Shown here piece after piece: positions 58,018-64,000 of a stretch of DNA of 64,000 bases. The notes under the pieces were generated by a model. It had not been told where the DNA came from. It did no database searches and worked only from the letters and a program-made list of their open reading frames with translations. The number at the start of each line of letters is the position of its first letter. Within the stretch, counting starts at the first letter, position 1. The translations under genes and the position numbers were made by a program. This DNA comes from Eledone cirrhosa (taxonomy: Eukaryota): positions 304,234,001 through 304,298,000 of the forward strand of contig OZ024742.1 of the NCBI GenBank assembly GCA_964016885.1. Reading direction: 5' to 3'.

Positions 58018-61000
58018 CATTTCTTTATTAGCCGCAAGAGCTCAAAAGAAGGGGACAAATACAAATGGGGAGTTTACATACAGGTATATTAAAGTAAAAA
58101 CTATTAATACAATAACAAATAACAATTGAAATCCCCAATAGGGGGGAGGTGTTACACAGGGGTTGTACACACCCCGAAAAGATGTACAACCCTCATCTCC
58201 AGGAGCGCCAAGAGTGAGTACTCCCTTCCTCTCTTCCTCTTTTTCCTCAACCTACAGGCTTATATAGAGAGAAGGCCCAACCACTCGGGCCATCGTTGCC
58301 ACATTCACCCACATTTTATAAAATTTGCTGGGGTACAGCACCTTTCTCTCCATCCTGATTCTTCTTCCAAAATGATATTTGATAAAACGAATCAGTTGCT
58401 CGCCGGAGAGAAAGGTGTCTGACGTCAGCCCTTTTAAACTCGTCCACCATATAACCTCTTTCACCATAGCCATAACACATAGGAAAACCGCCTCTCCCTC
58501 GTTTTTGAAGGAGGGTGGCGGTTTGATCATGACAATGGGCTCGGTGGTCAACTGGATTGATCCCACCCGCGACAATAGTCGTTCTACATAGCCCCACAGG
58601 TCGGTAACGTCCGGACAGTGTACACAAGCGTGTGCAACGGTTTCCTCGTCGCGCACGCATCTCGGACAGATCTTTTTCGAAGGGACCCTACCCGGGTGCC
58701 CGTGTCTGTAGAGCTTGTCTCGAACTGGTAGAGCTCCTCGGTAGCACTGCCAGACCAGGGACTTTTGGAAGTTGTACATTGGTCCCGGGCGGAAGGTCCT
58801 AACGAACAGACTGGCCAGTTCGTCCTCCTCTACGCCTAGAGTTTCTCCGAGCGTGTCGTCGCACTTGCTGCGGACCAACAATCTATAGAATGTCGAAGTG
58901 GAGGCTCCACTGATCGCCGGGTCCGTTTGACAGAGGACGGTGAGAGCCTGAGCACATTCGATGTGCCAGTCGCCCATTTTCTTCGGTCTTTGCTTGACCC
59001 AGGTCTGCAGCTCGGTCAGCGAGACGAGTCGTGGGAAGGCTCGCTTCACGAACGGGGCCCACACCGGCTGTCTGGTGAGGAATACGTGGAGGTGCCGCAG
59101 CCTGAGCGCGTGTTTGCGCATCATCAGCCACGTTTGAGCGGTGTTGGCAGCAGATGGATCTTCTCACTAAAGGAGCCGGTTTCTTCCAAAGTAATTGGAA
59201 GAGCGCGCGTTCCATTTTGGTGAGCGTTCTAGCTGGACAAGGCACAACGGTCAAGCGGTAGTAGATGACGGACGCTATAAAAGTGTTCGCCATCTCCGCT
59301 CGACCTTTCAAGGATAGTTTGCACTCGGCCCACTTCTGGGTGAGCGCAAACACATTGGCCGTCATCTCGTTCCAGTTCTTCTCCACCTGGAGGTCAGGAC
59401 CAAGCCAAACCCCGAGCAGCTTTACCGGTCCTTCCATCCAGCGTCCGGCGACATCATCGGAAGGCATCGGTTTGCTTCTCCACGTTCCGAGTTGCAAACC
59501 GACGGATTTGTCCCGGTTCAGCTTCGCTCCTGTGAACCTTTCGTATTCTTCCAGCAATGTGCCGATCTCCACGAGGTACTCGACATCATTACTGTCACGT
59601 CGCAGTCTCGGTTCCAAAGGGATGCCCTGCAATAGCTCCAACTTCCGGAGAAGTGGCTCGAGAGTCAGTACGTACAGAAGGGAGGAGAGAGGGCATCCCT
59701 GTCGGATGGATCTTGTGTTATGGAACGGTTCCGAGAGGTAGCCGTTCACCTTGACCCTTGAGCAGATGTTGCTGTTGTGCATTGCAGCAATCCAGCCTCT
59801 GAACATGGGATCGAAGCCTGTCGCCTCGAGCACCGGATCCAGGTAACGATGGTCAACCCTATCGAAAGCCTTAGACAGATCCAAGTTGATCAGGGCCCCA
59901 CCGAATCCGGGTTTACACCCTACCCTCTCTATGTTGTATCGCATAAGGTGGAGGTTGTCGTGTGTGGACCTGGTCGGGATTGCGCATGTCTGCGCTTCTC
60001 CCTCCAGGTTTTCGACAAGCGCCAGCCTCTTTGCCAACACCTTGGCCAAAATCTGTAACTCTGTGTTGAGCAGAGTTATGGGCCGGAAGTTGCTTATATC
60101 TCATCCCCCTTGTTCTCGTCCTTCCTGACTAACGTGATTACGCCCTTGGTCACAGAACTGGGAATTCTCCCGTTCTGCTGCCAGTTGCAGTAGACCGCTT
60201 CCAAGAGACCGGAGAGCAAGTCCGGCATTGCTACGTAAAATCGTAAGGTAGACCGTCGAGACCTGGAGATTTGCGTTTGCCGCATTGGCTCAGCGCGTCC
60301 CCTATCTCAGCGGCCGAAATCGGCCTTTCGCAGAACTTCGCCTCGCTGTCCGAGAGTCGCGGTAGGCCGTCGAGGTATGAACTGAAATCCATAGCCCCTC
60401 CCGGCGCGCCGCCCTTCCCGAACAGTTGAGCAAAATGCCGCTGAAAGGCCGCGCACATTTGCTTCGGTTCACGTCTCACGCGTCCGTCTTGGTTCTTCAA
60501 AGACCGAATCGTGGACTTGTTGCCATTTTTCGCTTCCGTCACCCGGGTCCAGCTAACAGCTTTGGCTCCCTCGTTTCTCAGAGCACGTATTTTGCTTCTG
60601 ACAACGCAGCCTTCATGCTTTGCGTTGAAGAACTGGTCCAAGGCCGTTCTCATCGCTAGCACGCTGGCTACGTAGCCACTCCTAAGTGCCTCTTCTACTT
60701 TATTTACCAGTTCCTTTTCGGTCTTATTTCTATCTAACACTAATTCTTTACTAAAACCTATCGAGTCTAATCTAACTGCCCTCTTGAGAGAGTACCACCA
60801 TCTGTTGTTGACAATGGCCCCTGTCAAGTGCTGCTCAACTAAAGTGCTAATCCGTCTACTGTAGGCTTTGCATGTCGGTAACGACAAGTTCAGTTTCCAG
60901 TAGCCGGGTCCCTGTCTATGGTTTTGTCAAGGTTGACTAAGCAGGTCACTAATTTGTGATCTGAATAGGCAAACATGAACATTTGTGGACAGCTTAACAT

Positions 61001-61572
61001 GTCCCTATCCTTCTTTCTAACTAGAACCATATCTAGGTACGTTCTAGATGTTCCCGTGCGAATAGTCGAAAAATCTAGTCGATATCTATCGGCCAGGTCA
61101 AATCGGCCGATTAACTGTTTGAGGCTGTTGCACCCCCCCCCCCTCTATCGGGACATGCTCTTACATAGTCCCAACGTCCATCTAGGATTCCATCCCAGTC
61201 CCCCACTAACAACAGGGAGCGGGACGTTCCAAGAAAAGTCTCTAGACGTTTGAGGAAGTCTGGCCGCGGTGTCCCGGATGGGGCATACTCGGCCACAAGC
61301 CTGAAGGCTCCACCTTCACTACTCTCAACGTCCAGGACCACCAGTCGACCCTCCGGGTCCAGATGTACCGTCTGTGTTACGAGGTCCAGGTGTTTCCGCA
61401 GCAAAACGGCAATCCCACCCCCACCTCCCGGCTGACAGAGAGATGCGTAGATCTCAAAGTCGTCAAAGATGGGGGCCACTGGTCGCTCGCTGTGGATCCT
61501 CGACTCGCAAATGGCTACCACATCCATGCTGTGCGACCTGAGGTCGTTTAAGAGTTTGCCCTATTTCCAGGT
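58018..61572 (-). mobile_element. Tx1/L1-like LINE ORF2 (APE, RT, zf-RVT), 5'-truncated and frameshifted, in (GATA)n
   Basis: DVVAICESR, EYAPS, LVGDWD, KSPGLDGLPY, LDLSKAFDRVDH, IRQGCPLS, CPRC...ETVAHACVHC; YxDD region disrupted; GATA repeats at both ends. Confidence 0.95.
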
Positions 61573-61573
61573 A

Positions 61574-61760
<187 letters not shown>

Positions 61761-62074
61761 AGATATACATAGGGGTACAAATCAATGTGTGTGTTGCAGA
61801 AGCTAAGTTTCATTTTGCTGTCATATCTAGCAAGACAGGTTACCACAACGCGGCCGGCCATTCCATGTATGACAGACAGGTACACAGACAGATAGATAAG
61901 GGTCCAACTTCAGTCACTCTAACAGATGTATACACACTCACACACACACCCACACACACACACACATGGTAAAATAACTGCGACGTTATAGTTCTCCGTC
62001 TCTAATCTCTTTCTACAACTCTCTCAGTAGCTCTCTATATATTATAACCCCTCTCGCTCTCTCTTTATAAATAT

Positions 62075-62298
62075 ATATGTTTAAGAAACACCTAGTTAAA
62101 TGCAAAAACATCGAAAAAACATTAACAGTTAGGATAGAAACTAAGGAAAGAAACCTCGGCAATCTTAGAATTAAGGAAGCACTTATTATAGACAAAACAC
62201 AACCACCAATCAATAATAGACTAGAACTCAACACCCAATTGATATACTTGATATACCATCTAGCCTCATATTTACACTCCCCCTCCTACACACACTCA

Positions 62299-62397
<99 letters not shown>

Positions 62398-62812
62398 ACA
62401 CAAAGACCAGTTCTAACACGAGATAACATCTATCCCCCACATTTACGTATAGACATATCTTCTCTCACACACACACACACACAAACACACATATACTTAC
62501 ACCTCACACATTCTCCCACACACTTAAACATGCATGTACAAAAAAACTTTTAAAGGGAGACTACTCTTTATCCACCTAACCTTAACTCTTTGACATTAGA
62601 GATAGAACAGATACTCTATACCATTTCCTGTCAGCATGACTTGGCAAGCTATTTAGAACACTGGTTTAACCGAAGAAGAGATATTATCTCGAAAATTAAG
62701 GACATTTAAATAAATCTAAGGTAAAAGACTAATTGTCAACAATATCTTTTGCATTTGCATTCTTTATTCTATGTCCATACCTGCATTGTTTTGGCTTTAT
62801 TATACATATACA

Positions 62813-62820
<8 letters not shown>
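62075..62820 (+). mobile_element. PLE 3' fragment (GIY-YIG C-terminus plus pLTR with hammerhead relic)
   Basis: FKKHLVKC...LRIKEALIIDKTQPPINNRLE fits the PLE endonuclease C-terminal pattern; CCGAAGA-AGAGAUAUUAUCUC-GAAA at 62670-62694. Confidence 0.65.
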
Positions 62821-62872
<52 letters not shown>

Positions 62873-63079
62873 AATGTGTATATGTGTGTGTGTATGCATA
62901 TGTACATATACATATATATACATGTGCATATATATATATATATATATGTCAAATTACAGTATAGATTTAGAAACTGATAATAAATGTCCTATGGTCAAGC
63001 GAGCTCAAGAAGAGAGAGCGAGCTCATTATAAATCATAACAAAGAGAGAAGGCACATAATAAATTATGTCAGATAATAG

Positions 63080-63158
<79 letters not shown>

Positions 63159-63735
63159 ACGCATATTGATGTGATTCCCAAAAGAATGAAAACATTGTAA
63201 GAATAAATGTTAAAATCATGAAATGAATTATAATAAAATATTTCCTTGACGATAAATAACGTAAATATCAATTCAAATGAAAAATAAATAAATTAATTAA
63301 TTTAACAAAAACCTTGCTGGGACATTTTCCTTATATCCACATTTATTAGATTAATTGATAAATCCAGTTGATTCTCCTTTGGATAATGCTTACTGTTCAG
63401 AATATGGAAAATAATTCAAAAAGTTGAAATCGATTAATTTGATTGCCGAAAGAATGGGAAAAAAAATGAAAAAAAGTAAAACTCAATGGTGAAATTATGA
63501 AATGAATTATAGTAAAAAAAATTCCTTGTTGCTCAAATATGTATATAACAATTAAATTGAAAAAATATATATATCAAATTAATTTAACAATAACCTCTCT
63601 TCAACACACATAATATTGATAACATTTAATTAGTAGCTAGTATAATTTTAAGTCATTTTAAGTCATCCAGTTAATTTTTTTCCTCAGTTTTGGTTTTACT
63701 TTTAGTTTAATTTTTTTTTTGTTTTATTTTCATAT

Positions 63736-64000
63736 CTAAAGAACTTCATCATAAACAATGTTTTTAACTTTTTTATCTTTTGTGTAATAATAAAGATTAT
63801 TAGGATCTCCAAATCTTGAAAGTGACACATATAGTTGTCCATGAGAAAATATTTCATTTGTAAGATTGATACCAACTTTTTAAAATGTTTGACCTTGTGA
63901 TTTATTTATTGCCATAGCAAAAGATAGTTTAACTGGAAATTATAATCTTGTAAACCTCACTGGCTGCTCTGCAATTAAGTTAATTCTTGGTAATAATACT
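63736..64000 (-). mobile_element. Helitron PIF1 helicase C-terminal remnant (runs off window)
   Basis: VLLPRINL...[43 protein letters not shown]...KNIVYDEVL*; absent from the ORF track because of stops. Confidence 0.9.

Overview
AT-rich, microsatellite-dense animal genomic DNA, probably from a cephalopod (inferred from SINE sequences and (TA)n/(CA)n/(GATA)n density). No host protein-coding gene can be supported, and most listed ORFs are microsatellite translations or antisense shadows. The window is a nest of decayed transposons: two Helitron helicase remnants plus a non-autonomous Helitron, a hAT with 18-bp TIRs, a mariner, a 77-bp MITE, four Tx1/L1-like LINE copies, an R4/Dong-like RLE LINE, two CRE-like LINE remnants, several Penelope-like element (PLE) fragments and tRNA-derived SINEs. 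The most notable signal is invisible to the ORF track. By eye I find about 12 intact-looking and about 8 degenerate type I hammerhead ribozyme (HHR) motifs, most with self-complementary helix III, in short cassettes between (TA)n tracts or at PLE 3' ends. They include a near-identical 591-bp tandem array (3.6 copies plus an inverted partial copy) whose HHR has a compensatory U3-A8 core pair, and a second ~440-bp HHR array abutting a PLE RT/GIY-YIG fragment. Together these suggest a retrozyme-like, possibly circular-RNA, system mobilised by Penelope RT. All folds were read by hand and none was computed or tested.
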